54,541 nucleotides of DNA, taken from contig JAQWOB010000023.1 in the NCBI GenBank assembly GCA_029246085.1, positions 1 through 54,541 of the forward strand, read 5' to 3'. A program made the position numbers and the translations under genes. The DNA comes from Gammaproteobacteria bacterium. GTDB lineage: Bacteria; Pseudomonadota; Gammaproteobacteria; GCA-002705445; GCA-002716945. A model generated the notes under the pieces. The model was not told the DNA's origin and ran no database searches. It was given only the letters and a program-made list of their open reading frames with translations. This document shows, piece by piece, positions 28,978 to 38,562 of this stretch (position 1 is the stretch's first letter; each line of letters starts with the position of its first letter).

Positions 28978-30861
28978 TTACTTTTTACTACTTATTTTTA
29001 CCATATTATCCACATGGTCATTAGTAATCTTTTCTATACCAAGTGCGTCAAGACCTAATTCTGATAATATTTCATCTTGGCTTCCATGAGGTATCATTTT
29101 ATCTGGAACACCTATATTTACCAGGTTATTTTTTAACAAATATTTAGTCATAACCTCATTAACAGCAGTTCCAGCACCGCCTAGTGTGACATTGTCTTCT
29201 ACGGTAAATATATAATCATGTGTATTACAGATATCTATGATCATATCTTCATCGATAGGTTTAACAAATCTCATGTCAACCAGAGTTGCACCATTTTTCT
29301 TAGCTACTTTCTTAACAGTGTTCAATAACGTTCCAAATACAAGATAGGCTATTTTGTTTCCTTTCTCAATTATTCTAGCTTTCCCAATCTCTATAGTTGC
29401 ATGATCTAAGCTAATATCTTCTCCTTGACTATATCCTCTTGGATATCTGACTGCAGCTAATCCTTTATGCTTTTGACCAGTTGATAACATTTTCCACATC
29501 TCTAATTCATCAGATGGAGTCATAAGAACTATTTTAGGAAGAATTCTTAAGAAGGAAATATCATATATACCTTGATGAGTCTCTCCGTCAGCTCCAACTA
29601 TACCAGCCCTATCAATTGCCAATAGAATATCAAGGTCTTGTACAACAATATCATGTATTAATTGGTCATAAGCTCTTTGAAGAAAGGTCGAGTATATTGC
29701 TATAATAGGTTTTAAGCCCCCACAAGACATGCCTCCAGCTAACGTAATCGCATGTTGTTCCGCAATCCCCACATCAAAATATCTTTCTGGATATTTTTTC
29801 TCAAAATCAACAAGCCCAGAACCTTCTCTCATTGCAGGTGTAATGACTACAAGCCTAGTATCTATATTTGCAGCTTGATCTACCCACCTACTAAAAATCT
29901 CAGTATATGTTAATTTATTATTAATTTTTTTTATTTTTGGCTTGCCAGTTTTGATATCAAACGGTGTTACTCCATGGTATGAAATTGGGTTCTGTTCAGC
30001 TAACTTATATCCCTTCCCCTTTTTTGTAATTACATGAAGAATTCTGGGGCCAGATTGATCTTTTAGATTTTCTAATACATCAATTAAACCATTAACATCA
30101 TGACCATCTGTCGGCCCATAATATTTAAATCCTAGTTCTTCAAATAATAAACCCGGAGTTATAAGACCTTTTGCTTGATTTTCTACTTTTTTTGCTATCT
30201 CTTCTATTGTTTTAACTTTACTCAAAACTTTCTTGCCACTTTCTTTGAAGGATGAAAATGTTTTGCCAGTTAATATTTTAGTGAGGTATTTATGAACTGC
30301 TCCAACATTTGGGGAAATAGACATTTCATTATCATTTAGTATCACTAATATATTGGATTTAATACCACCAGCATGGCCAAGTGCTTCAAATGCCATACCT
30401 GCAGTCAAGCCTCCGTCACCAATTATTGCGATAATTTTATTATTTTTTTTATTTAGCTTTGAAGCAATTTCATATCCTATTGCTGCACTAATAGAAGTAC
30501 TTGAATGACCAGCACCAAAGGAATCATATTCGCTTTCATCTCTTTTCAGAAATCCTGATATACCATCTTTTTTTCTAAGAGAAGGCATTAATTTTTTTCT
30601 CCCAGTCAATATTTTATGCGGATAGCATTGATGCCCAATATCCCATACCAAAATATCTCTCGGTGTATCATATACATAATGAAGGGCTATCGTAATATCC
30701 ACTGTTCCAAGTCCAGCAGCTAAATGCCCGCCAGTTTGAGAAACTGATTCAATAATAAATTCCCTTAGTTCTTCTGATAGGGATGATATTTCACTTTTAG
30801 TAAGACCTTTTAAATCAGCCGGACTATTAATCATATCTAATATTTTATAATTTTCGCTCAC
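28978..30861 (-). CDS. dxs: 1-deoxy-D-xylulose-5-phosphate synthase
   Basis: GGHLAAGLG, WDIGHQ, GDGG..NDN TPP motif, IAEQH, DRAG; GTG start. Confidence 0.98.
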   Translation of the reverse strand: MSENYKILDMINSPADLKGLTKSEISSLSEELREFIIESVSQTGGHLAAGLGTVDITIALHYVYDTPRDILVWDIGHQCYPHKILTGRKKLMPSLRKKDGISGFLKRDESEYDSFGAGHSSTSISAAIGYEIASKLNKKNNKIIAIIGDGGLTAGMAFEALGHAGGIKSNILVILNDNEMSISPNVGAVHKYLTKILTGKTFSSFKESGKKVLSKVKTIEEIAKKVENQAKGLITPGLLFEELGFKYYGPTDGHDVNGLIDVLENLKDQSGPRILHVITKKGKGYKLAEQNPISYHGVTPFDIKTGKPKIKKINNKLTYTEIFSRWVDQAANIDTRLVVITPAMREGSGLVDFEKKYPERYFDVGIAEQHAITLAGGMSCGGLKPIIAIYSTFLQRAYDQLIHDIVVQDLDILLAIDRAGIVGADGETHQGIYDISFLRILPKIVLMTPSDELEMWKMLSTGQKHKGLAAVRYPRGYSQGEDISLDHATIEIGKARIIEKGNKIAYLVFGTLLNTVKKVAKKNGATLVDMRFVKPIDEDMIIDICNTHDYIFTVEDNVTLGGAGTAVNEVMTKYLLKNNLVNIGVPDKMIPHGSQDEILSELGLDALGIEKITNDHVDNMVKISSKK

Positions 30862-31073
30862 TATTCTTCTATATCATCCGTGACTTGTTTGATTTTTTGC
30901 TCAGCTTCCTCTAATGCTTTTTGACATTTTTTGGATAACTCAACGCCTAGTTTATATTTTTCAATAATCTCTTCCAAGTTAAGATCTTTTGACTCAATCT
31001 CTTCTAAGATTAATTGCATTGACTTTAAATCTCTTTCAAATGTAGATAAATTGCTTTTTAATTTTTTATTCAT
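30861..31073 (-). CDS. xseB: Exodeoxyribonuclease VII small subunit
   Basis: TFE..L..I..E....LEE..YK.GV.L...CQ..L..AEQKI pattern. Confidence 0.9.
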   Translation of the reverse strand: MNKKLKSNLSTFERDLKSMQLILEEIESKDLNLEEIIEKYKLGVELSKKCQKALEEAEQKIKQVTDDIEE

Positions 31074-31085
31074 AATTATATAATA

Positions 31086-32333
31086 CTATTTTTTTGTGAC
31101 CTTTACATTCTTTACGAAATTATTACTCACTTCAATCATTTCATATATGAAGCCATCTTTTTCAAATGTAATGCCTTTTGACGGGATATTTTCTAAGCAT
31201 TCTAGTATATAACCATTCACTGTTTTTGCTATATTTTCAGATAGTTTCCATCCTAAGATTTTATTAAGCTCTCTAATTTGAATACCTCCCTCTATGAGAT
31301 ATATATTGTTTTTGATTTTAATAATTCCTTTATGTTTCTCTTCATCTCTATATTCGCCTACAATCTCTTCAAGAATATCATCTAATGTGACTACTCCTTT
31401 TACATCCCCATACTCATCTATCACAAATCCAATTCTTTTTCTTTCTTTCTTGAATTCTATGAGCTGACTTGTTAGAGATGTATCTTCTGGAATAAAGTAG
31501 GGTGCATTAATATTACTTATAATTTTTTCTTTTGTGATGCCTCCGCTTATTAGCATTTGAATTACTTTTCTTTTATGAAGAAAGCCTAAAAGCTTATTAA
31601 ATTCATTTCTATATATTGGGATTCTTGAGTATTTACAATTTAAAATTTCTTCAGATATTTTTTTAAGATCATCATTAATGTCAACGGCTACTAATATACT
31701 TCTTGGTATCATTGCATCTTCAATTTTAACTTTTTCTAAATCAAGCATATTTACTATCATATCTTCATGACTTTTTGGTATTTTCTTACTCGACTCTTTT
31801 ACAATTAGCTTTATTTCATCTTTAGTTAATAATTCCTGATTAACATTTTCAGGATTTACACCAAATATTCTCAGCAGGATTTTTGCAATTAAATTAATAA
31901 TAAGAACTATTGGGCTAAATAACTTCATTAAAGGATAAACTATCCATGATACTGGATATGCAATTTTATCTGGATAAAGAGCAGCAAATGTTTTTGGTGT
32001 TACTTCTGCAAAAATTAATATTACGATAGTTAGCATTATAACAGATATGGCAACGCCTGCTTCTCCATATAATTGAATTGCTATTAAAGTACTTATAGCA
32101 GATGCTAAAATATTCACAAAATTATTCATTAATAAAATTAAACCTAATGTTTTGTCAGGATTGGCAACTAAGAAATGAACTCTGGCTGCAGACTTATCAC
32201 CTGTCTTAAATTTATGTTTTAACTTATATCTATTAACACTCATTAAAGATGTTTCAGCTCCAGAAAAAAACGCAGAAAGCAAAAGTAGTATAAAAAGAAT
32301 TATAAATAGATTTTCAATTGTAATATTAGTCAT
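31086..32333 (-). CDS. CNNM/CorB (YfjD-like) Mg2+/Co2+ transporter, DUF21-CBS-CorC
   Basis: SAFFSGAET, FAEVTPKT, VIDEYG..GVVTLDDILEEIVG. Confidence 0.92.
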   Translation of the reverse strand: MTNITIENLFIILFILLLLSAFFSGAETSLMSVNRYKLKHKFKTGDKSAARVHFLVANPDKTLGLILLMNNFVNILASAISTLIAIQLYGEAGVAISVIMLTIVILIFAEVTPKTFAALYPDKIAYPVSWIVYPLMKLFSPIVLIINLIAKILLRIFGVNPENVNQELLTKDEIKLIVKESSKKIPKSHEDMIVNMLDLEKVKIEDAMIPRSILVAVDINDDLKKISEEILNCKYSRIPIYRNEFNKLLGFLHKRKVIQMLISGGITKEKIISNINAPYFIPEDTSLTSQLIEFKKERKRIGFVIDEYGDVKGVVTLDDILEEIVGEYRDEEKHKGIIKIKNNIYLIEGGIQIRELNKILGWKLSENIAKTVNGYILECLENIPSKGITFEKDGFIYEMIEVSNNFVKNVKVTKK

Positions 32334-32357
32334 AATGGATTGGTTAAATTATATACG

Positions 32358-33143
32358 TTAATAAATCTCAAAAAATAGTTTAGTTCCAAGATAGGCTACA
32401 AACAAGAAAGACATACCAATTAAAGTGAAACTTGTTGCCTTCCTACCTCGAACACCTTTAGAAAATCTGCTATATATTAGGTACGAATATGTTATCCATG
32501 CAATTATTGAAAATAATATCTTTTCTAGCAAGCCTGGATGTTTATCCATAGAAACAAATGGAGCTCCGCTTAGCAATGATAATGTAAGCAAAATAAATCC
32601 AAAAATAATTAAATCAAACATTACTTTCTCCATTTTCTCTATTGGAGGCAATATTGTAAGAAATAATGAGTCTGTCACATCTTTAAGTTTCTTTTCTTGA
32701 TAGCGCAATAATATTGCCTGAATGGCTCCTAGAGCAAGAAAACCATAAGAAGCTATAGAAACTATTATATGCATTCTTAAGCCTGGGTCTATAAATCCTA
32801 GGTTAGTATTATCTTTATATGCCATAGATATTAAGACTGCAACAGCAGTTAGAGGCAATAAGACCAAGCCGAGATGTTTAATTGGCTTTGTAAACATAAA
32901 TAGAAAAAATAGATAGTTAACTATAAGAAATGTTATCTCTAGTGATGTGATGAAATTAAATTTTTGATAAACATCGCTAACAAGAGAGTAGTTATAAATA
33001 CTGAATAAAAGCAGACTTAAGAAGAAAATAACATCAAAAGATATTTTTTTATAAAAATTATATTCTTCTTCAATTAGCACATATTTAATGCTTAGAGTTG
33101 ATAATATATAACCAGTTATAGTTAATGTGCCTAATAGTTCCAT
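32358..33143 (-). CDS. YpjD/CcsA-like inner-membrane protein
   Basis: LPPIEKME, GVRGRKA, AYLGTK; conserved position next to corB. Confidence 0.85.
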   Translation of the reverse strand: MELLGTLTITGYILSTLSIKYVLIEEEYNFYKKISFDVIFFLSLLLFSIYNYSLVSDVYQKFNFITSLEITFLIVNYLFFLFMFTKPIKHLGLVLLPLTAVAVLISMAYKDNTNLGFIDPGLRMHIIVSIASYGFLALGAIQAILLRYQEKKLKDVTDSLFLTILPPIEKMEKVMFDLIIFGFILLTLSLLSGAPFVSMDKHPGLLEKILFSIIAWITYSYLIYSRFSKGVRGRKATSFTLIGMSFLFVAYLGTKLFFEIY

Positions 33144-33329
33144 TTTATTACAGTTTGAGCAAATATATTATATTAGCCTATATCTAGGAATTAGATAGCT
33201 ATTAAATATCTTTATAACGAGATTAACTCGCTATTTCTATGATGATAGCAAATTTAATACATAAAAATACCTAGATATCTGATTATTACAAGATTTCCAA
33301 TAAAATAACTAACTAGTTGCAATAAGTAG

Positions 33330-33338
33330 TGATATAAT
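33330..33338 (+). promoter_or_regulatory. Extended -10 element (TGaTATAAT) for rpsP operon
   Basis: Consensus match 35 nt upstream of rpsP; AAGGAG at 33355-33360. Confidence 0.6.
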
Positions 33339-33373
33339 TTGGCTGTTTCTAATGAAGGAGATATTTAAAGATT

Positions 33374-33793
33374 ATGGTTAGAATTAGATTATCAAGAGGC
33401 GGAGCCAAGAAAAGACCTTATTATCACATAGTGGTAATGGATCAAAGAAATAGACGTGATGGCAGAAGCTTAGAAAGAATTGGCAGCTATGATCCTGCGC
33501 TTGAAACCGAAGACAGAATTAAGATTGATATTGAAAGATTAGATTACTGGGTGTCAAAGGGAGCTCAAATTAGTGATCGCGTAAAATATCTTAAAAAATA
33601 CTCATTAGACCCTGAAAATATCAAAACACGTGAAAAAATTAAATCTGTGCAGCTAGAAAAAGTTAAACAAAAAAGATTATCCAAAAAAGAAGCAGAAGCT
33701 GAACCAGTAGTTGAAGCAAAAGCAGAAGCTGAACCAGTAGTTGAAGCAAAAGCAGAGGCGGAAACTAAGCCGGCTGAAAATACAGAAAAGTAA
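33374..33793 (+). CDS. rpsP: 30S ribosomal protein S16 with C-terminal extension
   Basis: MVRIRLSRGGAKKRPYY, RRDG, GAQISDRV. Confidence 0.98.
   Translation: MVRIRLSRGGAKKRPYYHIVVMDQRNRRDGRSLERIGSYDPALETEDRIKIDIERLDYWVSKGAQISDRVKYLKKYSLDPENIKTREKIKSVQLEKVKQKRLSKKEAEAEPVVEAKAEAEPVVEAKAEAETKPAENTEK
33690..33756 (+). repeat. 30-bp in-frame tandem repeat (2 exact copies plus partial) in rpsP tail
   Basis: agcagaagctgaaccagtagttgaagcaaa at 33691-33720 and 33721-33750; encodes AEAEPVVEAK x2. Confidence 0.95.
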
Positions 33794-33800
33794 ATCATAA

Positions 33801-34304
33801 ATGTCATATGACAATCACATTATTGTCGGCAAGATACTCACTACACATGGCATAAAAGGGTGGCTTACGATAGGATCCTTCACATCTAATCCTGAAGATG
33901 TATTCAAATATAACCTTAAAGTAGTAATAGATAATAAGTTTAAACAGCTAGTGGTAACTGAGTATAATCTCATGCCAAAAAAAATCATAATGAAATTAGA
34001 AGATGTAGATTCCATTGAATCATGTAATAAATATATGAATCTCGATTTATATACACTTATGGATGAATTGCCAGAAGTAGAAAGTAATGAGTATTACTGG
34101 CATGATCTAATAGGATGCGCCGTATTTAATGAGAACAATATTTTATTAGGAGTTGCTGACAGCTTATTTACTAGTGGGGATACCGATATACTTGTTGTGA
34201 AGAATGATAATGCACAAAAAGAAACTCTAATACCTTTTTTAAAATCTAATATAGTTAGTGTTATAGATGGTAAAATTATTGTCAGGTGGAAGAGTGAAAT
34301 TTAA
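33801..34304 (+). CDS. rimM: Ribosome maturation factor
   Basis: VGKI..THGIKGW, EYYWHDLIG, LIPF. Confidence 0.95.
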   Translation: MSYDNHIIVGKILTTHGIKGWLTIGSFTSNPEDVFKYNLKVVIDNKFKQLVVTEYNLMPKKIIMKLEDVDSIESCNKYMNLDLYTLMDELPEVESNEYYWHDLIGCAVFNENNILLGVADSLFTSGDTDILVVKNDNAQKETLIPFLKSNIVSVIDGKIIVRWKSEI

Positions 34305-35034
34305 TATTCTTACGATATTTCCAGAATTAATTACTATGTTTTCTAAGACAGGATTCATTAAAAGAACTATCTCGGAAAATATTATTGACATGAATATTGT
34401 TGATATTAGGGAATATTCTGACAATATTCATAAAAGAGTTGATGATAAAACATATGGGGGTGGACCTGGTATGGTATTACAATATCCGCCTATCAAGAGT
34501 GCGATTCATAACCTTAAAGATAGAGGTCATATAGTATATCTCTCGCCGCAAGGCCAAGTATTAACACAAGAAAAACTTAACTCCCTGTCTAGCTTTAATC
34601 AGATTACCTTTCTATGTGGTAGGTATGAAGGCATAGATCAAAGAGTTTTAGATGAATTAGTAGATGAAGAAATATCTCTTGGCGACTATGTGATATCGGG
34701 TGGTGAGATTGGATGTATGGCTATAATTGAAGGAATTACTAGATTAATACCTGGTGCGATAGATGACCTTGAATCAGTTAAACAAGACTCCTTTCAAAAT
34801 GGCATTTTAGACCACCCGCATTATACGAGACCTGACAATATAGATGGCAAAAAGGTACCAGAAGTACTATCTAGTGGCGACCATGGAAGAATAGCAAAGT
34901 GGAGAAAGAAGCAAGCATTGGGAGTCACATGGACAAAGAGACCTGAATTGTTAAAAAACGTGAAACTTTCAAAAGAAGATGATAAACTCCTCAAAGAATA
35001 TATAGCTGAGTTTAAAGAAAATGAGCATAAATAA
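34294..35034 (+). CDS. trmD: tRNA (guanine37-N1) methyltransferase
   Basis: [33 protein letters not shown]; GTG start 34294. Confidence 0.97.
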   Translation: MKFNILTIFPELITMFSKTGFIKRTISENIIDMNIVDIREYSDNIHKRVDDKTYGGGPGMVLQYPPIKSAIHNLKDRGHIVYLSPQGQVLTQEKLNSLSSFNQITFLCGRYEGIDQRVLDELVDEEISLGDYVISGGEIGCMAIIEGITRLIPGAIDDLESVKQDSFQNGILDHPHYTRPDNIDGKKVPEVLSSGDHGRIAKWRKKQALGVTWTKRPELLKNVKLSKEDDKLLKEYIAEFKENEHK

Positions 35035-35371
35035 GATAATAGACAAAATAGAGTCAGAGCAATTAACATCGCATCCTAAATTTTCAAGTGGTGATACTGT
35101 TGAAGTATCAGTCAAAGTAAAAGAAGGCAAACGTGAAAGAATACAGCTTTATGAAGGTATAGTCATAGCTAAAAAAAATAGAGGTATTAACTCATCTTTT
35201 ACTGTTAGAAAAATATCTTATGGTGAAGGAGTTGAGAGAGTATTTCAGTTACATAGCAAGGTCATTTCTGGTATAAAAGTTAAAAGAAGTGGAAGTGTTC
35301 GTAGAGCAAAATTATACTACTTAAGAGAGTTATCTGGAAAATCTGCTAGAATAAAAGAAAAACTAAACTAA
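35021..35371 (+). CDS. rplS: 50S ribosomal protein L19
   Basis: [28 protein letters not shown]. Confidence 0.98.
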   Translation: MSINKIIDKIESEQLTSHPKFSSGDTVEVSVKVKEGKRERIQLYEGIVIAKKNRGINSSFTVRKISYGEGVERVFQLHSKVISGIKVKRSGSVRRAKLYYLRELSGKSARIKEKLN

Positions 35372-35383
35372 GTTTAAGATCTT

Positions 35384-35830
35384 TTGAATACTGTATTTAT
35401 AGCTTTGGGTAGCAATCTAGATAATCCCGTTTACCATGTTGAAAAAGGAATAGTAGATATAAGTCATCTTCCTGAAACAGAAGTAACAAAAGAATCGTCT
35501 CTTCATAAATCAAAGCCTGTTGGCCCACAAAATCAGCCTGATTATATAAATGCAGTAATAAAAATAATTACAAACTATGAGCCACTTCCCTTATTGGATG
35601 TTTTGCAAGATATTGAGAATAAACATCACCGCAAGAGGGCAGAAAGATGGGGTCCTAGAACCTTAGACTTAGATATACTCATGTATAATGATTTAATAAT
35701 TAATCATGAGCGGCTAGTAATACCACATCCTGAAATGATTAATAGAGAGTTTGTGTTAATTCCTTTGAAAGAGATAACGAATTATGATTTCATCATTCCA
35801 AAGTATGGTAAGTTATTACAATATATTTAA
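35384..35830 (+). CDS. folK: HPPK (6-hydroxymethyl-dihydropterin pyrophosphokinase)
   Basis: IALGSNL, RWGPRTLDLDIL, IPHP; TTG start. Confidence 0.96.
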   Translation: MNTVFIALGSNLDNPVYHVEKGIVDISHLPETEVTKESSLHKSKPVGPQNQPDYINAVIKIITNYEPLPLLDVLQDIENKHHRKRAERWGPRTLDLDILMYNDLIINHERLVIPHPEMINREFVLIPLKEITNYDFIIPKYGKLLQYI

Positions 35831-35842
35831 TAAAAAAATAAT

Positions 35843-36505
35843 ATGAAAAATAAATATAAATCTATTGTTATTGAGGGTCCTATAGGCGTTGGAAAGACTA
35901 CGCTTGCAACAAAGCTTTCTAGTAGTCTAGAAAGCAAGCTCATGTTAGAAAGTTTTTCTGAAAATCCTTTTCTTGAAAAATTTTATAAAGATGTTGGTAA
36001 ATTTAATAAATATACAAAGACAAGTAAATATGCTTTAGCTACTCAGTTATACTTCCTCTTACAAAGGGTTGATGAGTTTAATAGCAAGGAGTATCAGGCC
36101 ATAAAAAGGCATAACATTGTCTCGGATTACTTTATTGAAAAAGACAAACTTTTTGCAAAAACAATTTTATCTTCAGATGAGTATCTTTTATATAATAGAG
36201 TGCATGAGGGGCTCAAGCTTGATATTGAGAAGCCTGGTTTAGTAATTTATCTGCAGACAGATGCGCAAACACTTATTAGTAGAATAAAAGAAAGAGGGGT
36301 GAAATTTGAAGGGAATATTACTGAATCTTATCTCCAAAAAATTATTGACTCATATACTGAGTTTTTTCATTCTTACAAGGACTCACCTTTATTAATAATT
36401 AATACATCTAATGTTAATGTCAATGACTCGCATGATTATGCCATGCTATTAGAAGAGATTAATAAAGATATAAAAGGTAAAATATATTTCAATCCAGTAT
36501 CTTAG
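35843..36505 (+). CDS. Deoxynucleoside kinase
   Basis: EGPIGVGKTT, NPFLEKFY, TQLYFL. Confidence 0.92.
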   Translation: MKNKYKSIVIEGPIGVGKTTLATKLSSSLESKLMLESFSENPFLEKFYKDVGKFNKYTKTSKYALATQLYFLLQRVDEFNSKEYQAIKRHNIVSDYFIEKDKLFAKTILSSDEYLLYNRVHEGLKLDIEKPGLVIYLQTDAQTLISRIKERGVKFEGNITESYLQKIIDSYTEFFHSYKDSPLLIINTSNVNVNDSHDYAMLLEEINKDIKGKIYFNPVS

Positions 36506-36517
36506 CGAGCATAGTGT

Positions 36518-37291
36518 ATGCCTAAAATTTCTTTAAAAAAAATTAACTCTTTAAAAAAAAATAAAATTGGTATAAGCGCTCTTACATCATATGATGCTAG
36601 TTTCGCTAAATTAGCCGATAATTGTGGAATAGATATAATATTAGTTGGTGACTCTTTAGGAGAGGTTATTCAGGGAAACTCTAATACTCACTCAGTAACA
36701 ATGGATGATATGTGTTACCACACTAGAATAGTGTCTAGGGGAATTAAAAAAGCATTCCTTATTGCTGATATGCCAAAAAATTCATATAAAACCAAGAATC
36801 AAGCTCTTAAGAATGCCAAGAAATTAGTTGCAAAAAATATGGCCGATATGGTTAAAATTGAATTTAAAGAAAAGGATATAGAGATTGTTGAGCATTTAAT
36901 ATCGCATGAAATTTTAGTATGTGCGCATATTGGTATTTTGCCGCAAACTATTAAGAATAAATCTGACTATAAGAAAATTGGAAAGACTAGAGATGAAGAA
37001 AACCGTTTAATTAATGAAGCCATGCTTATTGAAAAATTAGGATCCCAGATGCTTATAGTTGAATGTGTAGATGAACAGGTTGCAAGGAAAATATCTGAGA
37101 AATTACATATTCCTACAATTGGAATTGGGTCAGGTAAAAGTTGTGATGGTCAGATTAGAGTAATTTATGATATCTTTGAAATAAGTTTCAATGGAGTTCC
37201 CGGATTTCTTAAATCTAAAAATACAAAATTAAATCCTATGAAAATAATTTTGGAAAAATATATTAAAAATATTAATAAATATAAACTTTAA
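36518..37291 (+). CDS. panB: Ketopantoate hydroxymethyltransferase
   Basis: LTSYD, LVGDSLG, ADMP, IGIGSG..CDGQ. Confidence 0.93.
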   Translation: MPKISLKKINSLKKNKIGISALTSYDASFAKLADNCGIDIILVGDSLGEVIQGNSNTHSVTMDDMCYHTRIVSRGIKKAFLIADMPKNSYKTKNQALKNAKKLVAKNMADMVKIEFKEKDIEIVEHLISHEILVCAHIGILPQTIKNKSDYKKIGKTRDEENRLINEAMLIEKLGSQMLIVECVDEQVARKISEKLHIPTIGIGSGKSCDGQIRVIYDIFEISFNGVPGFLKSKNTKLNPMKIILEKYIKNINKYKL

Positions 37292-37292
37292 A

Positions 37293-38141
37293 TTGAAAAT
37301 AATTACATCCATTAAAGATCAAACAGATTATTGTAATTCTCTTAGAAAGAAAGGAGAAAGTATTTCATTAATCCCAACTATGGGAAACCTTCATAAGGGG
37401 CATGAAAGTCTTCTTTTTGATCCTAGCTATATAAAAAATAAAAAAATTGTATCATTATTTGTTAACCCACTTCAGTTTAACAATTCAGATGATTACAAAA
37501 ATTATCCTAAATCCATTGATGCTGATATTGAAATATTAGAAAAGAATAAGGTAGATTGCTTATTCATGCCTTCAGAAGATGAAATACTGGGGGATATTAG
37601 CGAATCAGAATCTTTTGACCTTCCTGAACACATGAATATATTGTGTGGAAAATATAGAGATGGGCATTTTCTTGGTGTTTTTAAAATTATTAAGCAGCTA
37701 TTTAAAATTGTAAGACCAACAGCAGCTTATTTTGGAAAAAAAGATTATCAGCAACTAATTATGATTAATCATATTGCTAAAGAATATTTTAAGAATGAAA
37801 TAAAAATAGTTGCCTGTGATACGATACGTGAAGATAATGGGCTAGCTATGAGTTCTAGGAATAATAGGATGACAAAATCACAAAGAAATATTGCGTCATT
37901 TGTATATAAAAAATTAGTTGTTCTGAGAGAGATTATAAAGACTGATAAAAATTATAATTTCAAAGAACTCCAGAAAATCTCTATAAAGGAATTATCTATA
38001 ATTGGTATTAAAATTGAGTATTTAGAATTATTGTCCTCTAATAATTTTTCTGTAATACAAAAAGATGATACTGATAATCTGATGTTATTTGTAGCATTTT
38101 ATATATCAGGAGTTAGATTAATTGATAATATTGAGGTATAA
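37293..38141 (+). CDS. panC: Pantoate-beta-alanine ligase
   Basis: PTMGNLHKGH, FGKKDYQQ, AMSSRN, RLIDN; TTG start. Confidence 0.96.
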   Translation: MKIITSIKDQTDYCNSLRKKGESISLIPTMGNLHKGHESLLFDPSYIKNKKIVSLFVNPLQFNNSDDYKNYPKSIDADIEILEKNKVDCLFMPSEDEILGDISESESFDLPEHMNILCGKYRDGHFLGVFKIIKQLFKIVRPTAAYFGKKDYQQLIMINHIAKEYFKNEIKIVACDTIREDNGLAMSSRNNRMTKSQRNIASFVYKKLVVLREIIKTDKNYNFKELQKISIKELSIIGIKIEYLELLSSNNFSVIQKDDTDNLMLFVAFYISGVRLIDNIEV

Positions 38142-38166
38142 TTTATTCAACTATAAAGTGTAACCG

Positions 38167-38550
38167 ATGAAAAAATCATTCTTAAGCTCGAAAATACATA
38201 AAGCTACTGTTACTGATTCTCAATTAGATTATGAAGGGTCTTGTGAGATAGATGTCTCCTTATTAAATGCAGCGGGTATAAGTGTTTATGAAAAAATTGA
38301 TATATATAACATCACAAATGGTGAGCGCTTTACTACATATGCAATTGAAGGCAAAGCAGAAACAGGAAATATTTGTATAAATGGTGCCTGCTGCCACAAA
38401 GCTTCAATTGGTGACAAAATCATTATATGCACCTATGTGGATATTGATAGCAAAGAAATAAAAAACCATAAACCAAAAGTTATTCATGTAGATGGTCAGA
38501 ATAGAATATTAGATTTGAATGCTTATGAGAATGTTAGTTTAGTAGAGTGA
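38167..38550 (+). CDS. panD: Aspartate 1-decarboxylase proenzyme
   Basis: KIHKATVT, YEG/SCEID cleavage site, NGERFTTY, INGA. Confidence 0.96.
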   Translation: MKKSFLSSKIHKATVTDSQLDYEGSCEIDVSLLNAAGISVYEKIDIYNITNGERFTTYAIEGKAETGNICINGACCHKASIGDKIIICTYVDIDSKEIKNHKPKVIHVDGQNRILDLNAYENVSLVE

Positions 38551-38562
38551 ATGTATGTTTAT

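Noticed and set aside
33172-33283. Identification of the spacer structure as 4.5S SRP RNA or 6S RNA
   Set aside because: Lacks the SRP helix-8 (CAGG..GGAA..AGCAG) signature; too short and AT-rich for a confident 6S call. Kept only as an unassigned structure.
33690-33756. Direct repeats as CRISPR or mobile-element signature
   Set aside because: Adjacent in-frame copies without spacers, inside the rpsP coding tail.
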